DNA of 33,159 nucleotides from an uncultured Bacteriovoracaceae bacterium (lineage in GTDB: Bacteria > Bdellovibrionota > Bacteriovoracia > Bacteriovoracales > Bacteriovoracaceae): contig CAXGUD010000041.1 of the NCBI GenBank assembly GCA_964012805.1, forward strand, positions 1-33,159. The letters run 5' to 3'. Shown piece by piece: positions 17,182 to 25,902 of this stretch (positions are counted from its first letter, which is position 1; every line of letters begins with the position of its first letter). A program made the position numbers and the translations under genes. The notes under the pieces were generated by a model. It did not search any database and was not told the origin of the DNA. It was given only the letters and a program-made list of their open reading frames with translations.

Positions 17182-18331
17182 TGGAGTTTCTCTTCTTGTA
17201 AGGGTTCATTTTCTTTTCAATTACTTCAAAAAAATCTTCTAATGATTTTCCCTCATCATTAATGAATTGGCTAATAGCCTCCCTAAAAATTTGATTTTCA
17301 ATATAATGGGCACTCCAAATCCTCTCAGGCAGAAATCCTCTTTTTATTTTATGTTCCCCCTGGGCACCTGCTTCAAATCGGTCAAGTCCTTTTGAAAAAA
17401 CGAAGTCAAGACCTTGGTAATAGCACATCTCAAAGTGGAGGAATTTAGTTTTTTCCAACGCTCCCCAATACCTTCCGTAGAGTGTTTCGTTATCATAGAG
17501 AAATAAAGAGCCTGCGATTAATGACTCTCCTCTAAAAGCGAGTACTAAAAGAGTTTTATCTGATAAATTTTTGAAAATTTCTTTGAAAAATTTTTCGTTT
17601 AGATAGGCTTGAGCCCACTTCTTTTTTATCGTTGATAAGTAACATTGATACCATAACTCTGCGTGACTTTCTTCGAGGCTTTCACAAGTAAATTGTTTAA
17701 TAACCAGACCCGACTGTTTCGCTATATAATTCCTCTCCTTCTGAATTTGCTTTCTTTTTGACTTTTCAAGTCCATTTAAAAAATCGGTAAAACTTTTATA
17801 ACCCTTATTTTTAAAATGGTATTGATGAGTCTTTCTATGAAGAAAAACGTCTTTTGAAAAATATTCTTTCTCATGAGGATGAATATACAAAACATGAATA
17901 GAACTTGTTCCTATTTTTTTGGCCACATCAAAAACAGCCTTTTGTAATATTTTAGAAAACTTCGCTTTAGAATCTAAATAATCAGGGTGGATTAAAAGCT
18001 TAGAATCTGAAATTGGAGTAAAGGGCGTTTGTGAACAAAATTTAGGGTAGTATGGGAGGCCTGACTTTTGAAAAGCATCGGCCCATGCCCAATCAAAAAT
18101 ATATTCTCCATAACTGTGACCTTTCAAAAAAAGATAGTAGCATGCCCTCAGACTTTCCTCTTCCCAGAGTGTGAAGTAAAAAGGTATTTGCCCCCTTTCT
18201 TTTCCAATACAATCGGTGTTTTCCAAGGCGCCTAAAAACTCATAGCTTATAAAAGGTGATGCGTTCATTGTTAAAAGGTCCCAATCTTCTTTCTTCAATT
18301 GAAAAAGTGACTGAAATATTTTGATTTCCAA
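17165..18331 (-). CDS. FemAB-like double-GNAT protein (DUF482/COG3146)
   Basis: PFISYEFLGALE, HSYGEYIFDWAWADA, YYPK...PFTP, LYGRYWG, LHFEMCYYQG, FEAGAQGEHKIKRGF.P. TTG start after AAGGA. Confidence 0.93.
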   Translation of the reverse strand: MEIKIFQSLFQLKKEDWDLLTMNASPFISYEFLGALENTDCIGKERGQIPFYFTLWEEESLRACYYLFLKGHSYGEYIFDWAWADAFQKSGLPYYPKFCSQTPFTPISDSKLLIHPDYLDSKAKFSKILQKAVFDVAKKIGTSSIHVLYIHPHEKEYFSKDVFLHRKTHQYHFKNKGYKSFTDFLNGLEKSKRKQIQKERNYIAKQSGLVIKQFTCESLEESHAELWYQCYLSTIKKKWAQAYLNEKFFKEIFKNLSDKTLLVLAFRGESLIAGSLFLYDNETLYGRYWGALEKTKFLHFEMCYYQGLDFVFSKGLDRFEAGAQGEHKIKRGFLPERIWSAHYIENQIFREAISQFINDEGKSLEDFFEVIEKKMNPYKKRNSNAKKT

Positions 18332-18553
18332 AGTTAATTTCCTTATTAAGTACGGTATTTACTATCCTTAACTAAAAACTTGATAGTCAACATTAAAACT
18401 CAAAAACCTCAACTTAATTAATTAAAATTAATTCTTCACGAGTTGAACACTTTAATCAACTTTACTAAACAATCTCCCTGTGAAGCACATATTATATTGG
18501 CCTATTATTAAATTATAAAAACTCAATAGCCGACCATTTAACTCGCACATACG

Positions 18554-18598
18554 TGTTTCTTCTTTAAAGAAGAAACATGCTTATTTTTCTTAAGAAAA
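18554..18598. promoter_or_regulatory. Two perfect palindromes (24 bp and 14 bp), candidate operators
   Basis: TGTTTCTTCTTT|AAAGAAGAAACA (18554-18577) and TTTTCTT|AAGAAAA (18585-18598) upstream of the ABC operon. Confidence 0.5.
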
Positions 18599-18667
18599 TC
18601 CCCTTTCTAAACGAAAAGTGTATAAGTTCCGATTAATGACTACATAAACTTTTTCAAAAGAGGATTT

Positions 18668-19888
18668 ATGAACAAAAAAAAACCAAATCAAATTCTAAAA
18701 ACGGCTTTTTTCTCTTTTTTACTAATAGCATTTACATCATGTACAAAAAAAAGTGACAAAGAGGTTAGTTTAGGAGCTCTAATAGCTATGACTGGCCCTA
18801 TTGAAAGTATGGCCCCGCCAATTTTAGATAGCGTTAGACTGGCAGTCGATGAAGTCAATAAAAATGGGGGAATCCTAGATGGTAGGAAACTCAAGCTAAC
18901 AATTGGTGATAGCAAGTGTAGTGCAGAGGGCGGGGCTGATGCAGCCAAAAAACTCGTAAATATTAATAAAGTCTCAGGAATCGTTGGTGCTTTATGCAGT
19001 GGAGCTTCAAACGCTGCTTCAAGTGGTGTAGCTATTCCTGCCGGTGTTACAATGATTTCTCCAGCATCAACGGCTCCAACATTTACAACTCTTAAAGATA
19101 ACGATCTCTTTTATAGGGTAATTCCAAGTGATGCTTACCAGGGAGTTTATTTAGGAAAACTCGTTATTAAGCAAGGAATTACAAAAGTGGCCCTTACTTA
19201 TGTAAACAATGATTACGGCGTAGGACTTGCTAACTCCTTTAAAGCAAGTTTTGAAAAAGAAGGTGGTAAAGTCGTAACTGAAAGTAAGCACGAAGATAAA
19301 AAAGCTTCTTACAGGTCAGAACTTGCAACGTTGGCACAAGGTGGAGCTGAAGCACTCGTTGTTATCGCTTACTCAGACTCAAGTGGACAAACAATCGTTC
19401 GTCAAGCACTTGAAACAAAACAATTCGATCGTTTTATCGGAACAGACGGTATGGCGAGTGAAAAGCTTATCAAAAGAATTGGTATAAAAGGTCTGAAAAA
19501 GTCATTTTTTTCAAGACCTGTTGCAACTAAGACAGCTTTTAGTGATGCCTTTGATAAAAATTATGGTGCTTTTTCAAAGCACAAAAGAAAAAGTATTTTT
19601 ATTAAGGAAGCTTATGATGCCGCTATGATTCTTGCTCTTGCCATTCAAAAAGGTGGAAGCGACGATCGTGCTTCTGTAAAGGCCAATATTAGAAAAGTTG
19701 CTAATGCTCCTGGTGTAGAAGTCGGCCCTGGTGACTGGGCGAAAGCTGTTAAATTAATTGCTGAAGGTAAAGAGATCAATTATCAAGGTGCTGCTGGAGC
19801 TAATGAATTTGATAAAAATGGAGATGTTGCAGGAGTCTTTGGACACTTTGAAGTTCAAATGGGAAACAGTTTTAAGCAAATTAAATAG
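18668..19888 (+). CDS. LivK/LivJ-family ABC substrate-binding lipoprotein
   Basis: Lipobox FTSC, GDSKC, GALCSG, MISPASTAP, VNNDYG.GL, AYDAA. GAGGA RBS. Confidence 0.92.
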   Translation: MNKKKPNQILKTAFFSFLLIAFTSCTKKSDKEVSLGALIAMTGPIESMAPPILDSVRLAVDEVNKNGGILDGRKLKLTIGDSKCSAEGGADAAKKLVNINKVSGIVGALCSGASNAASSGVAIPAGVTMISPASTAPTFTTLKDNDLFYRVIPSDAYQGVYLGKLVIKQGITKVALTYVNNDYGVGLANSFKASFEKEGGKVVTESKHEDKKASYRSELATLAQGGAEALVVIAYSDSSGQTIVRQALETKQFDRFIGTDGMASEKLIKRIGIKGLKKSFFSRPVATKTAFSDAFDKNYGAFSKHKRKSIFIKEAYDAAMILALAIQKGGSDDRASVKANIRKVANAPGVEVGPGDWAKAVKLIAEGKEINYQGAAGANEFDKNGDVAGVFGHFEVQMGNSFKQIK

Positions 19889-19909
19889 TTTATAGCTCAT
19901 TTAAAAAAT

Positions 19910-19943
19910 AGCTGTCCTAAAAATTAAACCTTTTAGGACAGCT
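19910..19943 (+). other. Intercistronic stem-loop (mRNA stabiliser or partial terminator)
   Basis: Perfect 13-bp stem AGCTGTCCTAAAA / TTTTAGGACAGCT with 8-nt loop between binding-protein and ATPase genes, no long U tract. Confidence 0.75.
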
Positions 19944-19965
19944 TAAAATAAAAGGAAGTGTCCCC

Positions 19966-20745
19966 TTGTCTACTCCTGATAATGCTATATCAATTCAAAA
20001 TGTAACCAAACTATTTTGGGGAATAGAAGCAGTAAGCAGATGCTCTTTCAATATTAATGGTGGAACAGTAACTGGAATTATTGGACCTAATGGTGCAGGA
20101 AAAAGCACTTTATTTAATATCATCGGTGGACAGTATACTCCTGATTTTGGTGACATTTTATTGGGTGAAAAGTATGTCACTGGTTTTTCACCCCATCAAG
20201 TAGCACAAAGAGGATTATTTCGAACCTTTCAGGTAGCCCACGAATACCCAAGAATGACCCTAATAGATAATCTCAAAATAGCACCTATCAATCAAAAGGG
20301 TGAGTCTTTATTTAAAAACCTATTTTCTCCTAAACAGGTAAAAATTGAAGATGAAATATTTGAAGAAAAAGCAATTGAAATTTTAAAAATTCTTGAATTA
20401 GAACACCTTAAAGACCAGCAAGCCGGGTTCTTGTCTGGAGGACAAAAAAAGCTTTTAGAATTTGGAAGAATTCTTATGAGCGAACCAAAAATTGTTCTTT
20501 TAGATGAAATTAGTGCGGGTATCAATAGAACCCTTATGCAAAAGCTTGTTACACTCATTAAAAAAATTAACAAAGAAAAAAATATAACTTTCTGTGTAAT
20601 CGAACATGACATGGAACTTGTAAAAGAGCTTTGTGATACCGTAATTGTGATGACTCAAGGTTCTGTTTTAGCAAAAGGTACTTTCGAAGAAATTATAGGA
20701 AATAAAGAAGTCCAAGAAGCTTATTTGGGAATTGAAAGCCAGTAA
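19966..20745 (+). CDS. livG: LIV-type ABC transporter ATP-binding protein
   Basis: GPNGAGKST, RTFQ, LSGGQKKLLE, LLDE, IEHDM, EAYLG. Confidence 0.92.
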   Translation: MSTPDNAISIQNVTKLFWGIEAVSRCSFNINGGTVTGIIGPNGAGKSTLFNIIGGQYTPDFGDILLGEKYVTGFSPHQVAQRGLFRTFQVAHEYPRMTLIDNLKIAPINQKGESLFKNLFSPKQVKIEDEIFEEKAIEILKILELEHLKDQQAGFLSGGQKKLLEFGRILMSEPKIVLLDEISAGINRTLMQKLVTLIKKINKEKNITFCVIEHDMELVKELCDTVIVMTQGSVLAKGTFEEIIGNKEVQEAYLGIESQ

Positions 20746-20773
20746 CAATATTTTGAAAAGGTAAATAAAACTA

Positions 20774-21496
20774 ATGAGAAAGAAAATCCACAAGCTTGTT
20801 GTTGAAAATATTGTAAGTGGTTATGGTGATATGAATATACTTAAAGGTGTAAGTATCAATATTTCTCAAGAAGAAATAGTTGTTATCATTGGCCCTAATG
20901 GTGCTGGAAAAAGCACTCTTATGAAATCAATTTTTGGACTTATTCCTATTACTGAAGGAAATATCTACTTCGATGAAGAAGAAATAACAAACTTAGATAC
21001 CCAAAGTATTGTTAGAAAAGGTATTTCCTATGTACCTCAAGTAAAAAATATATTCCCCAACCTCACAGTTCAGGAAAATCTTGAAATGGGTGCCTACCTT
21101 CGCACAGATAATTATTCAGAAACTTTAGAGGAAGTTTTTAAGTTATATCCTGATCTCGTGGAAAAAAGAAATCAAGTAGCAGGTCAACTTTCTGGTGGAC
21201 AACAACAAATGGTGGCAATTGGAAGGGCGCTTATGATTCAACCTGAATTTATCCTTCTTGATGAGCCTACAGCTGGACTTTCTCCAAAAATGTACAATGA
21301 AACATTCGAAAGCATCCAAAAAATAAAAACATTGGGAGTTGGAGTCATCATGGTTGAGCAAAATGCAAAAAAGGCACTTAAAATATCTGATCGAGGATGC
21401 GTTCTAGTCTCAGGTGAGAACAAATTAACAGCTTCAGGACAATCCCTACTCATGAACGAAAATATTACAAAGTTGTTCTTAGGGGGGAATAAATGA
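20774..21496 (+). CDS. livF: LIV-type ABC transporter ATP-binding protein
   Basis: GPNGAGKST, YVPQ..NIF..LTV.ENL.MG, LSGGQQQM, LLDEPTAGL, MVEQN. Confidence 0.93.
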   Translation: MRKKIHKLVVENIVSGYGDMNILKGVSINISQEEIVVIIGPNGAGKSTLMKSIFGLIPITEGNIYFDEEEITNLDTQSIVRKGISYVPQVKNIFPNLTVQENLEMGAYLRTDNYSETLEEVFKLYPDLVEKRNQVAGQLSGGQQQMVAIGRALMIQPEFILLDEPTAGLSPKMYNETFESIQKIKTLGVGVIMVEQNAKKALKISDRGCVLVSGENKLTASGQSLLMNENITKLFLGGNK

Positions 21497-22386
21497 TTGA
21501 TTTTATAAATCTTTATTTTTTACCAGGACTAGTCCTAGGAAGTATCTATGCCTTAGGTGCAATGGGTGTTTCACTACTCTTCGGGATATTGAGGTTTGCT
21601 CATTTTGCTCATGGAGATCTTATGAGCTTTGGCGCTTATATCGCTCTTTCTATGGTTGGTATATTTCACGTATCTCCATTTTTTGCCATACCAGCCTCCA
21701 TTGTAGGTTCTTCATTACTGGCCATTCTTATAGATAAAATCTGCTACAAACCTTTTAGAAAAAGCCAAACAGTGGTTTTGGTCATTTCTTCACTAGGTGT
21801 CTCACTGATGTTGAGGTCCTTAATTCAACTAACTTGGGGGGTTAGCTTAGAAGTCTATGAAGTTGGAGTCATTAAAGATCCTATTACCTTTGGCGGAAAT
21901 TTTAGAATAAGTGAAAACCATATCATAATTATCCTCGGAACTTTAAGCCTTATTTACTTAACTCATATCTTTCTAGCGAAAACAAAACTCGGTAAAGCTA
22001 TGAGGGCGATGAGTGATGATCAAGATTTAGCCCTCATAACTGGAATCAATACAGAAAGAGCGATACAAGCTACCTGGATTGTGGGAGGAAGCTTGGCAGC
22101 TGTAGCAGGAGTTTTCTTAGGGTCAGATACCCAACTAAACCCTCGAATGGGATGGGATCAACTACTTCCTCTTTTTGCCTCAGCTATACTTGGTGGAATA
22201 GGTCGCCCCTATGGAGCGATCGCTGGCGCCATGGTCATAGGAATTGCAGAAGAAATTTCATCTTTTCCTTTTTTTGGAACAGAACCTCTTTTATCTCCGG
22301 CTTATAAAACTGGTGTGGCCTTTTTTATTATGGTCATTATGCTAATTGTAAGACCGACTGGTCTTTTTAAAGGAAGGTCTTTTTAA
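21493..22386 (+). CDS. livH: LIV-type ABC transporter permease
   Basis: GLVLGSIYALGA.G, FAHGD, TKLGKAMRA, ILGGIG, RPTGL. ATGA overlap with livF. Confidence 0.92.
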   Translation: MIDFINLYFLPGLVLGSIYALGAMGVSLLFGILRFAHFAHGDLMSFGAYIALSMVGIFHVSPFFAIPASIVGSSLLAILIDKICYKPFRKSQTVVLVISSLGVSLMLRSLIQLTWGVSLEVYEVGVIKDPITFGGNFRISENHIIIILGTLSLIYLTHIFLAKTKLGKAMRAMSDDQDLALITGINTERAIQATWIVGGSLAAVAGVFLGSDTQLNPRMGWDQLLPLFASAILGGIGRPYGAIAGAMVIGIAEEISSFPFFGTEPLLSPAYKTGVAFFIMVIMLIVRPTGLFKGRSF

Positions 22387-23312
22387 TGGATACTCTTTAT
22401 GGCTGGATGATGTATATTTTATCTCTTCTAACTGTAGGAGGGATATACGCAATTATGGGATTGGGACTCAACCTTCAATGGGGAATTACTGGGCTTTTTA
22501 ATATTGGGGTTGCCGGTTTTTTTGCTGTTGGTGGTTATGCGTCTGCCATTGCCACAACAAAATTGTCCCCAAATCATCTCGGTGGGTTCGACCTACCTTT
22601 TTTTGCAGGTATTATCTTTTCTATGTTTTTTTCAGGGTTGATGGCAGCGATTATAGGCAAAATATGTTTACGCTTGAGAGGAGATTATTTAGCAATAGCC
22701 ACCATAGGTTTAGCTGAAATTTTACGCCTTATCTTAAAAAATGAAGTTTGGCTTACCAATGGTCCACGAGGTATTCCTGGTATACCAAGACCTTTTGAAA
22801 ATCTTGGTCAACCCTGGGCCGAAATTTGTTACCTTTTAATCATCCTTATTATCTTGGCCATTATATATTACGGCTTTGAAAAGGCAATAAATAGTCCTTG
22901 GGGACGTATTATGAAGGCCATAAGGGAAAATGAGGAAGCTGCATCTTCAACAGGAAAAAATGTCGAAAACCTAAGACTCGAAACTTTCATTATAGGATCA
23001 GTATTTATGGGTCTTGGCGGAGCCCTTCTAACTCATTCAATGAAATATATAGGACCAACTGCTTCAGACCCTCTTATAACGACTTTTCTTCTTTGGGTTA
23101 TGCTTATTGTAGGCGGTAGTGGCAACAATAAAGGTGCTATCCTCGGTGCTTTTATCATTTGGACAGTTTGGTCAGCTTCAGAACTTTTAAGTGGTATTCT
23201 TTCATACGAGTGGATTAACCGTTTAAGCTATTTTAGGATCTTTATTATTGGATTTATCCTCCAAGTTATTTTACAAAATAGACCTCAAGGACTTATTCCT
23301 GAGAAAACCTAA
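22386..23312 (+). CDS. livM: LIV-type ABC transporter permease
   Basis: GLNLQWG.TGLFN.G, LRLRGDYLAIAT, SPWGR..KAIRENE, VGGSGN, RPQGL. TAATG coupling with livH. Confidence 0.92.
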   Translation: MDTLYGWMMYILSLLTVGGIYAIMGLGLNLQWGITGLFNIGVAGFFAVGGYASAIATTKLSPNHLGGFDLPFFAGIIFSMFFSGLMAAIIGKICLRLRGDYLAIATIGLAEILRLILKNEVWLTNGPRGIPGIPRPFENLGQPWAEICYLLIILIILAIIYYGFEKAINSPWGRIMKAIRENEEAASSTGKNVENLRLETFIIGSVFMGLGGALLTHSMKYIGPTASDPLITTFLLWVMLIVGGSGNNKGAILGAFIIWTVWSASELLSGILSYEWINRLSYFRIFIIGFILQVILQNRPQGLIPEKT

Positions 23313-23329
23313 AGTAAAAATTTTAAAAA

Positions 23330-23725
23330 CTAATTAAAATCCCAATCAGGGTCAATTTTTTTAATAACATTCTCTATTATTGTTTTGTTCACAGGTTTAA
23401 GAATCAATCCCCTAACATTTTCTGTTTCATTTTTTATATCAGATTTATGACTTTTTGAAATTTCTGTTGTTAATATAATTTTCGGTATTCCACTTGCAAA
23501 CTTATGCTCCTTAAGCATTTTTAGCATACTTATACCATCTAAAACTGGCATATGAACATCTACAATAATTAAATCTAATTCATTTTCTATGGCCCTAATT
23601 CTTTCATATCCCATTAGGCCGTCACTTTCTTCAATTACCTCGATAGATTCATTTTGAAGCCATTCTTTTAATAACACTCTAACAGGTGCTGAATCATCAA
23701 TAATAAGAATTTTTTTAATTTTCAT
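23330..23725 (-). CDS. Single-domain CheY-like response regulator
   Basis: ILIIDDS, IVDVHMP.LDG (phosphoacceptor Asp), ILTTE, LKP. Confidence 0.92.
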   Translation of the reverse strand: MKIKKILIIDDSAPVRVLLKEWLQNESIEVIEESDGLMGYERIRAIENELDLIIVDVHMPVLDGISMLKMLKEHKFASGIPKIILTTEISKSHKSDIKNETENVRGLILKPVNKTIIENVIKKIDPDWDFN

Positions 23726-23791
23726 ATTTTTCTTTTATTGACCTAAGTTTCGGTTAAACTATCCTTTATTATTACAAATAAATAAAAAATA

Positions 23792-23839
23792 AAAATCGAT
23801 TAATATTATTTATTTGAATCAATAATATTAATCGATTTT
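23792..23839. repeat. Perfect 19-bp inverted repeat with 10-nt spacer
   Basis: AAAATCGATTAATATTATT (23792-23810) and AATAATATTAATCGATTTT (23821-23839). Confidence 0.9.
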
Positions 23840-23892
23840 GAACTGAATCATAAGAGGTTTATACTATTGTTTTAAAGACCAAAAGGTAACTT

Positions 23893-24252
23893 GTGAGTTC
23901 AAAAAAAATTAAGCATCAAAATGTAGGTGAATCAAAAGTGGGAGAGCATGAGGTTGACCTACCTTCAAATACTCTCCATATGAATATCTGTGAGTACGAG
24001 GAGGGATCTAAAAGCGAACTCCATAGACATGCTTACGAAGCAATTCTTTATGTAATTGAAGGTGAAGGCCATACCATGATTTCTGGTGAAAAAGTAGAAT
24101 GGAAAAAAGGAGATGCTGTTTACATAACACCTTGGGAGTGGCACCAACATTTTGCCACAAAAAATGCTAAAGTTGTCTCTTGTACAAATGAAAATTTGTT
24201 TAAAAATATAAGTCCTAAAAAAATTATCGAAATAAAAGAGAAGGCCAGTTAA
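23893..24252 (+). CDS. Cupin-domain protein
   Basis: HRHAYEAILYVIEGEG and GDAVYITPWEWHQH metal-binding motifs. GTG start after AAGG. Confidence 0.9.
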   Translation: MSSKKIKHQNVGESKVGEHEVDLPSNTLHMNICEYEEGSKSELHRHAYEAILYVIEGEGHTMISGEKVEWKKGDAVYITPWEWHQHFATKNAKVVSCTNENLFKNISPKKIIEIKEKAS

Positions 24253-24286
24253 TTTTTAATTTTGTTAAAAACATTTATAAAAAAAT

Positions 24287-25018
24287 ATGTGTTCAATTAT
24301 AATCATAAAAAATTCAGGGAACCTTATTGTTGCTACTAATCGTGATGAACTGCTCGACCGAGCATCTGAAAGTCCTAAAATAAGAAGAGAAGGTCTTTTA
24401 AAAAACTTCTCTCCTAAAGACTCATCTAAAGGTGGCACTTGGCTAGGTCTAAATGAAAAAGGTCTTTTTGTGGGAATCACTAACCGGTTTACACCTAGAC
24501 CAAATCAAAGCCTAACATCCAGGGGCTTAATAACGAAAAAAGCGCTTGAGGCAGGTTCACCTTCGGAAGCTTTAGAAAGATTATCTCGATTTAAAGCGAA
24601 AGATTTTAACCCCTTTCACCTTCTTGTAGCAAATAGACATGAGACCCAGATCTTTTGGAATGACGGTATTAAATTCACCCAGTTTCAAGTAACTGAAAAA
24701 TCTTTTATTTTAACTGAGAGTAGTTTTGGTGCTGGAGAAAACAAAAGATACTCTTTTTTAGAAAGCCTTATGGAAAACCTTTCAGCTGAGGATGACTGTG
24801 AACCTTTTAAAAAGCTGCTCTCCATGAAAACGGAACCTTCTTTTGAAGGACCTCTCGTCAATATTCCTGAAAGGAATTATGGAACACGCTCAAGCTTCAT
24901 TATCAAGCTCACTCCAGATATTGAATCTTCTGAATTTTATTACTCCAATGTCCCTCCAGACCAGAACAAATGGATTGACTTCAAAGATATTATTTTAAAA
25001 GAAAAATTTAATATATAA
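24287..25018 (+). CDS. NRDE/TANGO2-family protein
   Basis: MCSI start, ATNRDE...R, GGTWLGLN, SRG, FNPFHL, YGTRSS. Confidence 0.92.
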   Translation: MCSIIIIKNSGNLIVATNRDELLDRASESPKIRREGLLKNFSPKDSSKGGTWLGLNEKGLFVGITNRFTPRPNQSLTSRGLITKKALEAGSPSEALERLSRFKAKDFNPFHLLVANRHETQIFWNDGIKFTQFQVTEKSFILTESSFGAGENKRYSFLESLMENLSAEDDCEPFKKLLSMKTEPSFEGPLVNIPERNYGTRSSFIIKLTPDIESSEFYYSNVPPDQNKWIDFKDIILKEKFNI

Positions 25019-25076
25019 GATATACAGCTTAAGACTTAACAAATAGGTAAAAACCTATCTTCCTAAGCATTAATGT

Positions 25077-25397
25077 CTAATTCAACTCCTCCACTAGGCT
25101 ATGAACTCTCCGAGAAGCTTCAAATTTTCCTGGAAAGGCACTTAGGCCTTCTTCTCTCATTTCGTGGGCATAACCATCAAAATAATTTTCCAAATCTGAA
25201 ATTGTTTTTACCTTATAGAACACAGTCAAATTTAAAAAACCACTCTCTTTTTCAGTATTATTTTTATCTTCCTGGAACAAAGAAGCTTGAAAAAAACCAT
25301 CTGCTTTTAAAACTCTTTTCATATGCCCTGGTAGCCAATTAAGAAAGTTTTGTCCGACTTCTTTTTTTATTTTTAAATTTACTTCATAAAGTACCAT
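25077..25397 (-). CDS. DUF4286-family protein
   Basis: LYEVN, WL..H...VL...GF, LENY....A..MREEG...F..KF.ASRRV. GAGG RBS. Confidence 0.85.
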   Translation of the reverse strand: MVLYEVNLKIKKEVGQNFLNWLPGHMKRVLKADGFFQASLFQEDKNNTEKESGFLNLTVFYKVKTISDLENYFDGYAHEMREEGLSAFPGKFEASRRVHSLVEELN

Positions 25398-25483
25398 AAA
25401 TAAGCCTCAAAAATTAAAGTGAAGAGTAAGTTCAATAACTAAATGAAGGTCTATCAACCGTCAATTTATTATCATCTAAAAAA

Positions 25484-25858
25484 TTAAGTATGATTTTCAT
25501 TAAAAATCTTAAGAACTAATACTCGTATTTTTTCATCAATCTCAAATGACTCTCGTTCGAATTCTTCCTTGACCCTTAAAAGGGGTGGGACACCATCTGA
25601 TACCATAATTGGAGCAAGATTCTTTTTTGGAAACCCATCTCCTTCATCTATCTTTTCATGAATGAGAATATTATTTTCTTTATGCCAAGTAAAAGCATGT
25701 GGAATAGACTGAAGATCATAACAAAGCTGAAAGCCTGTAAGATCATTGCCTTCTTCATTTAACCATACAAGAAGCTCCAAAGAGTGACCACTAAACCACC
25801 GCCTCTTGGTTTTTCCTTTGGATTCCTGACTTACTTTCTTATACTCTTTAAGCATCAA
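25484..25858 (-). CDS. Hypothetical protein
   Basis: 124 aa, co-oriented between coaBC and the DUF4286 gene, with motif RRWF....LELLVW.......GFQLCYD. Function unknown. Confidence 0.7.
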   Translation of the reverse strand: MMLKEYKKVSQESKGKTKRRWFSGHSLELLVWLNEEGNDLTGFQLCYDLQSIPHAFTWHKENNILIHEKIDEGDGFPKKNLAPIMVSDGVPPLLRVKEEFERESFEIDEKIRVLVLKIFNENHT

Positions 25859-25902
25859 TGGCCTTTTATTGATAATGACTTTAATATAAAAAACTAAAGA
25901 AT

